64,000 bases of DNA from Azolla caroliniana (Eukaryota; Plantae; Polypodiophyta), in NCBI GenBank assembly GCA_043228905.1, contig JBHGNT010000007.1, positions 8,432,001-8,496,000 of the forward strand, given 5' to 3'. Numbering within the stretch: the stretch's first letter is position 1; each line of letters begins with the position of its first letter. A program made the translations under genes and the position numbers. Shown here piece after piece: positions 25,616-37,600 of this stretch. The notes below the pieces were generated by a model, which saw only the letters and a list, made by a program, of their open reading frames with translations, was not told the origin of the DNA and ran no database searches.

Positions 25616-25932
25616 TCTTCTAGTCCATTAGACATGTCTTAATATATTGGTTTGGTTCAAGCTGGGGATTGTTTTACTCCATGATAGGAAACTTTGTAAA
25701 TTTGTTTTGGATGTAAACTCACGAATATGTATAATTGTAACTGGTAGACATGTTGTACATTATTTTGTAATTTTGGTGATGTATTTTTGGAGGCATTTTA
25801 CTTATGACTCAAAGTGGTAGTCATGTTGAAATTCAATATATTTTGCCACCTTTTCTGAAAAGCTTTACGCATGCGTCGTGTCTTTTTGAAAACTGCGTGC
25901 TTTTGTGCCCTTTTTCGACGTAGTGTTCTCAT

Positions 25933-25969
25933 AATGCGACATATTACCTGTTTCAAATGACCCTGTGTT
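25933..25969 (-). repeat. Right terminal inverted repeat
   Basis: Reverse complement is AACACAGGGTCATTTGAAACAGGTAATATGTCGCATT. Confidence 0.92.
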
Positions 25970-26806
25970 TCTTGCGTTCCTCGACTACTCTGGTCGAACG
26001 CTCCTCGACTTGTTCGGTTCCGCACTCCTTGACCCCTACCGTCAACATGTCTGCTCTTCAGACCCTTCTCAGCTTCTTTGTTGTCGCGGCATTGGCGCCC
26101 CTTGACCCGTTGTCGTGAAGAAAACCGCCCACAAGAGGAATCGGAGGAACAAGGCGTGGTAAACGGCTCTACACACACACGAGCGCCAAGAAGTACCTAA
26201 GGACGAAGTAGGTACATACGAGGATCCTAGGTGGGTAGATCCGGTTGGTATGCAGTTAATGCCAAACGGCCTCTGGACGGGCTATAAAAGGAAGAGGGAG
26301 AATAGAAGTGAGGCATCTCGCACGGAGAGGACGAAGTGCTGCCGAACCGATTTCGGGGCTCCTCTCTCACTCCTGCTTTCTCTGTCTTCTGCTCCATCGC
26401 GTACCTGTGCAGGTTTCGAGGAGGCTTGCGCTGTTCCGTGGAACGCCCCGAGTGCGTCCTGCAGCACCTCCGACCTGTTTTCCCTTTCTGTGCGTCGCAA
26501 CATACAGGGGTCGGCACCTGTTCGCCGCCCCGTTCGTTTTCGTTAGTATCTATTCCGTGCCCCACCGTGGGTTGTAATACTTCGGTCTGTTATTTTCTTG
26601 CATTCATAAGTACATATCTTTCGTTGTTGCGTCCATCTGCGTCGGCGTTTGTTTGTGATCTCTGTTTGTTGGGCCGTGTCCCTGTGCAATCTTCGGTTCT
26701 GTGTAATCGGGTCTCTCTCTTACTCCGCTCTCTCTTGCTCTTCGGTCCAAGACCCCCGTGGTCCCTCCTCCTTTCTGCACGCAAGGGCGTAGCAACCCCG
26801 ACATCT

Positions 26807-26823
26807 TGGTGAACCCGACGTGA
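26807..26823 (+). promoter_or_regulatory. Primer-binding site complementary to the tRNA-Trp 3' end
   Basis: Reverse complement TCACGTCGGGTTCACCA matches the plant tRNA-Trp 3' end as I recall it. Confidence 0.75.
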
Positions 26824-26846
26824 AGGAGGCGGCAGAAGAGCAGAAA

Positions 26847-28973
26847 ATGAGGGGGTCGGATCTCGCAGAGGCCATGGCTTCGGCCGTGGATCGGATTGTA
26901 AACGCGCGCGAGAGCACCGGTGCCCTCGACAGAGCTATTGAGGCGGTCGTCGGCACGATCGGCCGGTTCGATGGGAAGGATGCCACGAAGTATTTGGCGT
27001 CCTACGGTGCAGAGATGCTGATGCGGGACATTCCGGAAGAAAGGCGTCTTGCCGGATTTCCCCGAGTGGCGATGCCGAGCATCCATGCGGAGGTGCTCGA
27101 GGTGCGGACGGAGAGCCGTACCTGGGAGGAGTTCGAAGGTCGGCTCCTAGAGAAATACGGGTTGGACGACGCGCTCCGGCTTTCGAAGCGAAGGTTCATG
27201 GAATGGGTGGAGTCCCCGGGGAAGGGAAGAAACGCGTCGGCGCTCCTCCGGGAGTTCGAGGAAAACTTTGCGCGCCTTTCGGCGCTTGACCGAACCATTC
27301 TGGACACGAGCCGGGTCTTGCTGTTTGTCAAGTCGGTCGACGAGCGGGATCGGGAGCAAGTGGGCTTCTTGCTGGAAACCGAAGACGGGCTCACTACCGA
27401 CTGGGCGGCTGTCAGGAAGGTCTGTGGCCGTTTCGACAAACGGCGAGAATGGGCGGATAACGGTGCGACCGGGTCGGGCTCGGTCGCAGGAAGGAAGCTC
27501 GAACCAGCGCCACAGGTGCGCAAGGAAGAGACCCGGGAGTGGTTGGAAACCGGTTCGGCTTCGACCGGCGTAGTCCGAGGCTCAACCGGAGGAGCGGCGC
27601 TGGAGGAATTGACGAAGGCGATAAAGGACCTCCAAATCGCGCAGGCCCGAAGGGAAGGAGGCGAACCGGCTCGTGACCGACGGCCGGCGGCAGGAAACAG
27701 GTGCATGTGGTGCGATGAAGTCGGCCACATTCGGAAGGACTGCGGCGACTTCGCGGAGGCGCTGAGGAACAGGGTGGTGTACCTGTGGGAAGGACGGGTG
27801 CATGCCAGCGACACCCGAAGGGCCCTGAGCCGAAACGACGGAAAAGGTGGTATGAAAAGGTTGATGGAAGAGGCGGCGGCCCGACACGCGGAAACCGTTC
27901 ACTACTCGGCGTCGGCCGGCATTCGAGTCGGGGGCGGCGAGGCCCGAAGGGAAAGCAAAGCCGGATTCTGGCCGACGATGCTGGAAGGCCTTGCCGGTGC
28001 AAGGCTTAAAGGGGAGGAATCGGACCGTGCGGAGAAACGGGTACGGGAGATGACCGGGTGGAACGACCCGGTCGAGGAAAGGACGGGCTTCGTGGAAGCT
28101 GCTTGCCAGAACTACGAGGCTCTGGTAGAAGAGAAGCGGGTGGGGAGACCCGGGACGACCGGGCCCTCACAACGATACGAGACCCGGTCCGGGCCACGAC
28201 GGGACGAAGCCGGCGGGGCCGGTACGCAAGATAAACCCCAGAAGGGCGGGTACCGTCTGGGGACGGAGATAGAAAGGACCACGGACTTACGAAAGGTCCT
28301 GGAGGAACGGATCCTCGACAGCAAGGTGGAGCTGTCGTTACGAGAGGTGCTGGGAATCGCCAAGAAGGAGTTCCACGACTCCATCGTGGACTTGGTGAAA
28401 CGGAAGAGGCTGTCGACGGAGACAGAACCGGAAAGACCGGTGGAAGTGCAGACGACGCACCTAGACGACATGGCGCTGGGAGACGAGTGGGCGGAAAGCC
28501 ACTATTCGAGACCACACTGGGCCCGAGCGACCACGGAAACCCCGGTGAAGATCGGCGATGTCCAGGAACCGGTGATAGCTTTGGTGGACCACGGATCGGA
28601 GATCAATTTGATGTCCATGGACTTCTATAAGAAGGGCAAATGGCCGATCAACACCAAGCACGGGTGGAAAATAAGGGCAGCAACGCGCGCCACCGAGGAA
28701 CTGCACGGGGCCTGTCCGAATGTGCGGGTCAAGATTGGCGACGTCGAGATTGACCAACACTTCTTCGTGCAGGAGACGTCTTCGCACCCGGTCATTCTGG
28801 GAGAACCGTACATTACGGCGGCGCGGATGGAGACCAAAGTGCTGGACAATGGTTCGGCCTACGCGAGGGTCAAAAGCCAAGACGGGCGCCATTCGGTCCA
28901 GTTTCTGATGGTAAGGCCGAACCACGAACGTAACCGTGATTCCCTCGGTTCCGATAACCGAGAGGATTTTTAG
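26847..28973 (+). CDS. gag: Gypsy-1 Gag-protease
   Basis: CX2CX4HX4C knuckle CMWCDEVGHIRKDC; aspartic protease ALVDHGSEIN…VILGEP. Confidence 0.92.
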   Translation: MRGSDLAEAMASAVDRIVNARESTGALDRAIEAVVGTIGRFDGKDATKYLASYGAEMLMRDIPEERRLAGFPRVAMPSIHAEVLEVRTESRTWEEFEGRLLEKYGLDDALRLSKRRFMEWVESPGKGRNASALLREFEENFARLSALDRTILDTSRVLLFVKSVDERDREQVGFLLETEDGLTTDWAAVRKVCGRFDKRREWADNGATGSGSVAGRKLEPAPQVRKEETREWLETGSASTGVVRGSTGGAALEELTKAIKDLQIAQARREGGEPARDRRPAAGNRCMWCDEVGHIRKDCGDFAEALRNRVVYLWEGRVHASDTRRALSRNDGKGGMKRLMEEAAARHAETVHYSASAGIRVGGGEARRESKAGFWPTMLEGLAGARLKGEESDRAEKRVREMTGWNDPVEERTGFVEAACQNYEALVEEKRVGRPGTTGPSQRYETRSGPRRDEAGGAGTQDKPQKGGYRLGTEIERTTDLRKVLEERILDSKVELSLREVLGIAKKEFHDSIVDLVKRKRLSTETEPERPVEVQTTHLDDMALGDEWAESHYSRPHWARATTETPVKIGDVQEPVIALVDHGSEINLMSMDFYKKGKWPINTKHGWKIRAATRATEELHGACPNVRVKIGDVEIDQHFFVQETSSHPVILGEPYITAARMETKVLDNGSAYARVKSQDGRHSVQFLMVRPNHERNRDSLGSDNREDF

Positions 28974-31900
28974 AGAGGACTGCCAAGGCGTGGGGCCGCG
29001 ACAGTCCGGACACCCCGGGAAAACCCCACACCTGTACGATAAAACCGAAGAAACCTTGTACCATAGGTAGGGAATTTTTGTTCTCCGACAGCGGAGCGTG
29101 CACGACAGTCGGCATCGGCGGCCGAGAGAAGAGAAAGGCGGAGGGGAGACTTCGAGCGTGCGGAGTTCTCGGCCCTGACGAGGAAATCAACGGAGCCGTG
29201 GAGGCGGTCTCATTCGACGACACCTTGGGAATGCTGGGAAAGGTAGTCGAAGAAGGCCTTAACGAAGACCGGACGATACCGGTGTGTTCCGAGGAGATGT
29301 ACGGAGTCATCGCGGACTTCGGTCGAGGGCTCGAGTCAGTTCGGACGGCCCACGTAAGCACCAAGTACAAGACTGTGGACCGGAAGGTAAGGCCAGTCGC
29401 GACACCCTTACCGGAGGACAGCGCGTCGAGAATCAAAGGGGTTGCATCGGACCCTAGTCTACGAGATCCGGCCTGCATAGGACACACCTTCACCGACGAG
29501 ACGCTCCGGGAGCTCAAAATCGGTGGGGGCGGGTTCCTACTGCCGGCGGAGGAAGACCGGTTTCGGAGAATGCTCGGAAGGCACGGGAAAGCCTTCGCAT
29601 TCTCGCCGGAGGAAATCGGGTGCGTTGACCCGACGATCGTGGAGCCGATGGTGATATTCACGGTACCGCATGTACCATGGAATCTCAAGCCAATCCCGGT
29701 TCCGAGAGCTCACATCCCGAAGTTGATGGAGCTGCTGAGGCAGAAAGTTGAGATGGGAATTCTCGAGCCGTCGAGCGCCCCATATTCGAATCGATGGTTT
29801 ACCGTACCGAAGAAAAACGGTTCGTTGCGCTTCATCCAGGACCTGCAGCCGGTCAATCGAGTGACCATTCGGAACGCAGGGATCGGACCGACCATCGACG
29901 AGTTCGCGGAGGCCTTCGCCGGAAGGTCAATTTACTCGGTCGGGGATCTATACTCAGGGTACGACCAGTTCCAGCTAGCCGTGGAGAGCAGAGACATTAC
30001 GACGATGCGAACTCCCCTCGGCCTAGTTCGGATGTGTACACTGCCGCAAGGAGGGACCAACTCGGTGGCCCACATGGTGAATGCGATGAACAAGGTTCTG
30101 AGGGACTGTATCCCGGACATCACCATGCCGTTTCTGGACGACGTCCCGATCAAGGGATGCCCGGTGGAAGAAAGGGACGAGACGATCGGGCCGGACGGAT
30201 GCCGGCGATTCGTGGTAACGCACATCGACGACTGCGAGAAGGTGCTACAAAGGCTAGAGGATGCGAGGCTCACCTTCTCGGGGGAGAAGTCAGCATTCGG
30301 GCAGTCGGAAATCATGGTGGTCGGACATTTATGTGGACCATATGGCCGGAAACCGTCTCCGGCAAAGATAGAAGCCATCTCCGCGATGAAGCCCGACTGC
30401 AGCTCGGTCACGGAAGTACGGAGATTCCTGGGGGCATGCGCGTTCTACCACATATGGATCCCGCATTACGCACACGTCGCGGAGCCACTGTACGGGTTGC
30501 TGAAAAAGGGGCGAAGGTTCGAATGGCTAGACGAGCACGCGGAATCGGTCCGGAAGCTGAAAGAGGCTCTTGCAGCGGCACCGGCACTTCGGAAGGCGGT
30601 ATACGGGAAGGGTACCCCGGTATTCATAACGGTGGATACCAGTCCGACCGGGATCGGATGGGTCGTGAACCAGGAAGACGAGGACGGCAATCGGTTTCCG
30701 ATCCGATTCGGCGCGAAAGTCCTCAGTGAACGGCAACGAGGATACGCCCAGGTTAAACGCGAACTCTAGGGTATTGTTTCGGCGGTTAAGGCCGACAAAG
30801 ACTACCTGATAGGGACAGAAGTGATCATCGAGACGGATTGCCTGCCGATTCTCGGTATGGTTTCCGGATGCGCGACTCCGGACCTGGCGATGCTCAGGTG
30901 GATAGCGTACATCAAGTCCCTGGACCCGGAAATACGACACATTTCCGGGAAAGACAACGCCATGGCCGACATGCTTTCAAGAGCGAGGTTCGACGACGAG
31001 GGCGGCATGGTTTCGGAAGACGAAGAAGTCGGCGTGGATTTCTTCGAGGCGGCGTACATGACGACCGACGGGAGGAGCACTCCGGCGCTTAACGAGTTCG
31101 ACGCGAGCAAGTACGACGGGGAGTGGCTGCAGATCGGCGGGTTTTTGAAGACAATGACGCCCGATGCGTCGTGGACGAAGGACGAGGCCAACCGGATCCG
31201 GAAGAAAGCATATCGATTCTTTCTCCGAGATGGGCATTTGTGGAAGCACCCGAAGAAGAGGAACGGCGTCCCGCTCCGGGTGGTGGCGATGAAGGAAGAA
31301 CAGGAGGAGCTACTGGCGGCCTACCACGACAGCCCTTGGGCTGGACACCGTGGAACGTGGGCGACATTTGAGAAGCTGAAGGGGAAGTACTGGTGGCCGG
31401 GATTGTACCGGGACGTGCATCGGTTCGTGTCAACTTGCGAGAGTTGTCAGATGCACTCGATAGTCCGACACCGGGACGGGCTTCGCCCTACGTACCCTTC
31501 GACTATCCACTTCAAATGGATGGTAGATCTAGTGACGATGCCGATGGGGGTAGGACAGATGCGGTATCTGGTCCTAGCGCGGGAAGACCTGACGAACCAG
31601 GTGGAAGGCCGAGCCCTTCAGAATAAGACGACCGCGGCCGTGTGTCGGTTCCTGATCGAAGACGTGATATGCCGGTACGGGTGCGTCGGGAAGATCGTGG
31701 CTGACCGAGGGGAGTTGGACACCGAGGAAGCCGCGGAGCTGTTTGATCGGCTGGGAGTCAAACTCTCGCTCACCACTGCGTACAACCCGGAGGCGAATGG
31801 AAAGGTGGAGCGCGGACACGGACCGATCGTTAAAGCGCTGGTTCGGGCATGCGGGGGCCAAATCGGTAACTGGCCGCGACTTCTACCTTATGCTTTGTGG

Positions 31901-32461
31901 GCCGACCGGACTACGCACAGTTCGGTAACCGGGTACATGCCGACAGAGCTCATGTTCGGCCAGAAGCCGATCATGCCGATGGAACGAACAATCTCCTCAT
32001 GGGCAACGGTCGACTGGAGGGACGAGATGAGCCGGGAGGACTTGTTGGCAGCGCGCATACGACAACTCGAACGGAAACCGGAGGACGTGGAGACGGCTGC
32101 AGAAAGGATCCGAGTGGCGAGGATAAAGAACAAGGCCAGGTTCGACCGAACGCACCGACTCCGACCGAAGAAGATCGAACAAGGTGACTGGGTGCTCGTC
32201 TACGACAGCAGCCTCGACAACCAGCACCGAGCCACACGAAAGTTCGCACGTAGGTGGTTCGGGCCTTACGTGGTACGGAGCGCCAATGACAACGGGACAT
32301 ATCACCTGGCGGAACTCGACGGTACGAGAATAGCGATACCCGTGGCCGGGAAGAGGATCAAAGCTTTCAAGAAGCGGCACGACGACGAACCCGACCCGAT
32401 TCTCCTGGACAGCAGCGGCGACCGATCCGAGGCCGAGGAAGGGCCGGCAGGCGAAGAGTAA
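28964..32461 (+). CDS. pol: Gypsy-1 Pol (RT-RNase H-integrase) in the -1 frame, with an in-frame TAG at 30767-30769
   Basis: The -1 frame is open from the slippery site. RT motifs LPQG..NS and FLDD; RNase H VDTS; integrase HHCC (H..PWAGH…C..CQ), DRGE and NGKVER. ORFs 29078 and 30821 share a frame. Confidence 0.92.
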
Positions 32462-34671
32462 AGGCGGGCCGGTTTTCTCCGTGCCAACTTAATTTGGCGC
32501 ATGCCGGTGGATGCGCGGTTAGGTGGGGGCGGATGTCGTGAAGAAAACCGCCCACAAGAGGAATCGGAGGAACAAGGCGTGGTAAACGGCTCTACACACA
32601 CACGAGCGCCAAGAAGTACCTAAGGACGAAGTAGGTACATACGAGGATCCTAGGTGGGTAGATCCGGTTGGTATGCAGTTAATGCCAAACGGCCTCTGGA
32701 CGGGCTATAAAAGGAAGAGGGAGAATAGAAGTGAGGCATCTCGCACGGAGAGGACGAAGTGCTGCCGAACCGATTTCGGGGCTCCTCTCTCACTCCTGCT
32801 TTCTCTGTCTTCTGCTCCATCGCGTACCTGTGCAGGTTTCGAGGAGGCTTGCGCTGTTCCGTGGAACGCCCCGAGTGCGTCCTGCAGCACCTCCGACCTG
32901 TTTTCCCTTTCTGTGCGTCGCAACATACAGGGGTCGGCACCTGTTCGCCGCCCCGTTCGTTTTCGTTAGTATCTATTCCGTGCCCCACCGTGGGTTGTAA
33001 TACTTCGGTCTGTTATTTTCTTGCATTCATAAGTACATATCTTTCGTTGTTGCGTCCATCTGCGTCGGCGTTTGTTTGTGATCTCTGTTTGTTGGGCCGT
33101 GTCCCTGTGCAATCTTCGGTTCTGTGTAATCGGGTCTCTCTCTTACTCCGCTCTCTCTTGCTCTTCGGTCCAAGACCCCCGTGGTCCCTCCTCCTTTCTG
33201 CACGCAAGGGCGTAGCAACCCCGACACCGTGGGCTCCTTCGTATTGGTGTCGGTTTTGGTTGCCTTCCGGTTCGCCTAGCCTTTATGTGATTCGGCTCGT
33301 CTGAAACACTCTTCTCGACCAAATCGGTTGTCTCCGATTCATCTTCTTCCAAGCCCTTTGACAAGATCTTACCACTACTTGGTCTTGGCCTTCATCTTCA
33401 GGTCGGCTCTGCCGCTAGTCTTGACTTCCTCAGCTCTGTTTCCCTTTTGTTCAGTTGGTTCCAGCTCCGGCTCGTTTTTTGGACACTCTCACTATATCTG
33501 TCCTCGGCTTCTTCAACCATCGAATTCCACATCCGATTCAGCTTTTCAGACTTCATCTCTCTTCCTCTCGCTTTAACTTTCACTACTTCTCCCACCACTT
33601 GACCGAATCAACTTTCTCCGATTCGCTCCCGCTCTTGTCCGAATCGGATGTCCCCGATTCGCCTTCTTTTTGGCCCTTGACAACATCTACCCAGGTCTTC
33701 GTCCTAGCCTTCACTTGGTCGGCTCTGGCCTTCTTGGCTTTGCCACCAATCTTGCCTCTCTCAACTCTGCCTCCCCCTTGTTCGCCTCCCCCTTGTTCGG
33801 TTGGCTCTGGCTCTGACTCGTTTATTTGGCCAGTCCCCCCTGCATTCGTCCTCGACTTCTTCAGCCGTCCCGAAATTGAACTCTACATTTGATTCATCTC
33901 TCTAGACTTTATCTCTCCTCTAGTTCTCCCGCTCCCGACTTCTCCCCTCCGAGTTTGGCATGTCGAGGTGCTATAAGCCAAGCATACTTAAAAATTGCCG
34001 CAACTTGTCTAGGCCGAAAGGTTTGATGAAGATATCAATAGCTTGTCGATCCTCGGAACATACAAAAGTTCGACTTCGTTGGAGAGAACTCACACGAGGT
34101 CAAAATGATAGTGCACCTATATGTGCTTTGTTTGAGAGTGGAACACGGGGTTCTTCGCAAGTTGGATGCTACTGAGGTTGTCGTAGTATTTGACTGTCGG
34201 ATTAGATAACTCCATTTGCAGATCCCTCAGGAGCCTCTTGAGCCAGATGACTTTGCATGTAGTGACAACCGCTCCTCGGTATTCTACCTTAGTACCTGAC
34301 AATGCCACTATTAGCTGTTTCTTGCTGCTCCATGCGATCACCGCACTTCCCAAGGAAAAAGTGTAGCCGGAAGTTGATCGATGATCACTAGCATTTCCAG
34401 CCCAGTCGACATCTGTGTAGCCGACAAGCTGTTCGGCTACACTAGTCTGATACAACATCGTCCTATCCTTAGTACTATTGACATATCGTAATATCCTCTG
34501 TGTGCATTGAAGGTGTTCAATCATCGACTGCGACATGAACTGACTAATCAGTCTGACTGGATAGCTGAGGTTCGGACGGGTGATGGTCAAGTATATTAGG
34601 CTTCTGACTATCTATGGGAACTGTGTCGGGTCATAGGACATTCCCGATTTGAGGGGAAGCATCACGTTTCG

Positions 34672-37600
34672 TGCTAGGATCAGAACCGTCCGTATGTTCG
34701 CCCTAGATGTATATATACACATACAACATTTATGGATATTTACAAATATAGCCTCTGAATCGGCTATTAAATAGATTTTTCGATTTCGGCCTCGGCCTAT
34801 CGGTCTCAGCCGAATTTCCTATCGACACCCTATTCGATTCGACTCGTACTCTTCCCATTTGGAGGGACCTGTGTCGAATACTGATCTATAATGACCGTAT
34901 TCACATTGTATCTTGGGCATACTAGACTTGGGAAAATTCTATAAATATGTCAAAGGGTAGTTGCCCTAGCCCATTTGGTATATAAGGGGATTTGTAACCT
35001 AGTCTGTTGTTGTTGCTATTGTTAGAGAGCTTCTGAATAAAAGCGTTATGCCTTGTGTGCCTCTCTGTCTCTCCATCTCTGCTTCTCTCTCTCTCTCTCC
35101 CTCACGCTGATTCTCTGATCTTACCACTTCTACCTTGTTAACTCAATGATCTTTATCTCAAGACGTTGTTTATGTTTCCGCTTTGATGGTCTCAGTTCCC
35201 AACATTTGGTATCAAAGCAGAGTTTTTCAAACCGCTACCGATAGTGATTTATTTTCAACAACTTTCTTGCCCCAGTCTTCCTTGAAGAACCTGAGTTCAA
35301 GATCTCATCTAGAGGAGAGAAAGAAAACTGAAGATTTGCACTCTACTTCGCTAGATCACTCTTAAGGTAAGCCAATCAGCTGTACCTTGCTTCTTTGATT
35401 GGAACTGCTAGGAGTAGAATCTTCATCAAATCCGCCTTGATCATGCTTTACAGGTTAGACACTTTCTACTCATTTGTTGTAACCTCTCAAAGTAGATCCA
35501 ACTCTAGGGAACAACCCCAATCCACGTTGCATTCGGTTGAACGACACTCGGGAGGACAAGTTGGCTCCGTCCCTCTCATCATTGCAGTCACCCGAAGCAA
35601 GATTAGCCTGGATAATCGGCACATAATCTGTGATCGACATCTTGAAATTGACATTCAACATTGAATAAGCAAATTTGAGTCCAATTTGGCTAAGTAGATT
35701 GATTGTAGTCACTTCAGACAGAATCCGCCAATAGTCGAAGTCGATTCAACTTGTGTCCAAATCCGACTAGAACAACATTGAGTGAGCTAGTCAGCCGCAC
35801 TCCACCACTCTTTGTATTTGACTCCGGACAAAGTCTAGTAAATCGACACAGATGGCATCAACATCTAGCTCGTTAGAGATGAGTCTAGGAAAATTCGATG
35901 GATTGAATTTCAACTTCTGGAAGGAGCAAATGCAAGACTATTTGATAGTCAAAGGTAAGATAGATCCAATCGAGAATGAAAACCCTCCAGAAGGAATCAA
36001 GCCGAATGAATGGATGAAACTTGATAGAATTTTCTGAGCCATCATTCGGATGCACCTGTCAGAGTGAGTGTACTTCACAGTGCAATCGTGTTCGACTGCC
36101 TTTCAACTATGGAAGACATTGTCGGACATCTTTGCAACCTGCGGACATAGATTGACATATTCGCATTCGTGGGGTTTCCCATTCGAATGCAAATGAATAC
36201 GCATACGAATGCATTGTCAAGTATTCATTGAACCCAAAAAGAAAGAAAAAAAGAGAGTACAATAACTCCCTTTCTTAGTTTCTTAGGATAAAAAAAAGGG
36301 ACTTGACAATAAAAAAGGACATTAAAAGAGGAACTTGACACTAATAAATTTTTTTATAATAAATGTAAACATATTTGTTTTATTTTTAATAAATAAATAA
36401 AATAAAATAAAGGGTCATTAATTCCTCACTTTTTATTCTCTCAAAATTTATGGATATTTTATTTTTATCTTGACATTAAAAATTGGACTTCACACGAATC
36501 ATATTTCTATAATAAATATAAAAATATTCGAGTTTTTAAAAAATTAATTAATTAAAATAAAGGTTCATAAAATCCCCCCTATTTTATTTGACACTATAAA
36601 GGAGAGTTAATGCTAATCATATTTTTATAATCTATTAATGAATGATTGTTCTTTCTTTAGTGAATTAAATTTATTTAAATAAATAAATAAATAAATATTT
36701 TGTATATTTATTTTGCAAAACGAATGGTTTTATAATATTCTTGAATATTGAGAATATCACGCATGAAGAATATGGAGAATATCACACATGTGTCAATCTA
36801 TGCTTGCGGATAAAACAATTCGACTCTGTCCAGGCACACATGAACGAGTATGAAAGTTTAAGCTCCCAGATCTCGGCTCAAGGAATGACAATAGAAGATA
36901 AACTGGGAGAGATGTTGCTCATGAGTAGGCTCCCCCCTTCGTGGGAAACTTTCGTCACAACTGTGTGCAATGCTTCTACTGTCGCGGTGAAGTACTCCGA
37001 AGTTACGAGCGCAATACTGACTAAAGCAAGTTCGAAGGAAATCGTTTGCAAAAGATTCGATAGATGAAGCTTATGTAGTACAAGGTTCGGCCAACCGACC
37101 GAACATTCGAGGAAGAAGTTCTTCTTGACAACCGAACAATCAGCGAAGTTGGAGTAAGTCCCTGGACAATCGAATTTGCAACTATTGCAAGAAACCCGGG
37201 CACATCAAAGCCGATTGCCATGCACTCAAAGCTAAGAATGATAAGGCTCAACAAACTTATCAAAAGAGTGGCTGGCATCAAGAGGTCAATTACATCGGCT
37301 CTTTAGCCGAAGTATTGTCGAACAACCCGAACATACTAACCGTTGAAAACCTAGTCGAATAAGAAGGTCTTCTTACGATTGAGGAATCGAGCACATGGCT
37401 CTTGGATTCAGGTGCATCCTACCATGTGATCCCCCACAGATCCCAGTTTCGTCAATATTCGGCCTGACACTCTGACGCAGTACAAGTCAGAAATTTGTAG
37501 CACTGCGCTATTATAGGACTTGGGACTGTAGAATTCAATCTCCCAATTGGTTCTACATTAGTACTAGACAATGTTTGACATGTACCTGAGCTCTCAAGTC

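Larger units (their letters stand above)
19249..25969. mobile_element. 6.7-kb TIR DNA transposon (Sola-like) carrying a DNA amino-methyltransferase gene
   Basis: 37-bp TIRs at 19249-19285 and 25933-25969 (35/37 identical). TCTT is duplicated at 19245-19248 and 25970-25973. Both flanks are host Copia sequence. Two divergent genes lie inside. Confidence 0.92.
26111..33226 (+). mobile_element. Full-length young Ty3/Gypsy LTR retrotransposon (Gypsy-1), no chromodomain seen
   Basis: 693-bp LTRs at 26111-26803 and 32534-33226 (TG…CA; no differences seen, identical ORF translations). TSD CCGT. PBS TGGTGAACCCGACGTGA at 26807-26823. PPT at 32521-32533. Domain order gag-PR-RT-RH-IN. Confidence 0.97.
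18740..34671 (-). mobile_element. Copia element related to the 1-3012 family, 3' half; host of the nested TIR transposon and Gypsy-1. 3' LTR at about 18740-19132
   Basis: RT/RNase H remnants at 34117-34590 (TRPNLSY, GYTDVDWAG, NPVFHSQTKHI); charged extension at 33231-33960, continuing at 25974-26106 and 19140-19244. PPT GGGGAG then TGTTGAG at 19132 on the minus strand. The LTR contains an (AG)n run; its far end is approximate. Confidence 0.75.

Noticed and set aside
19251-25967. CACTA/EnSpm assignment based on CAC…GTG near the termini
   Set aside because: The inverted match extends two more bases outward, where a 4-bp TSD appears; there is no 3-bp TSD at the CAC boundary, and the transposase motifs do not look like TnpD.
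26227-26812. Multiple short ORFs duplicated at 32650-33304
   Set aside because: Incidental ORFs inside GC-rich LTRs.
27002-32380. Many overlapping antisense and alternative-frame ORFs in Gypsy-1
   Set aside because: Expected shadow ORFs of a GC-rich coding region; no independent motifs.
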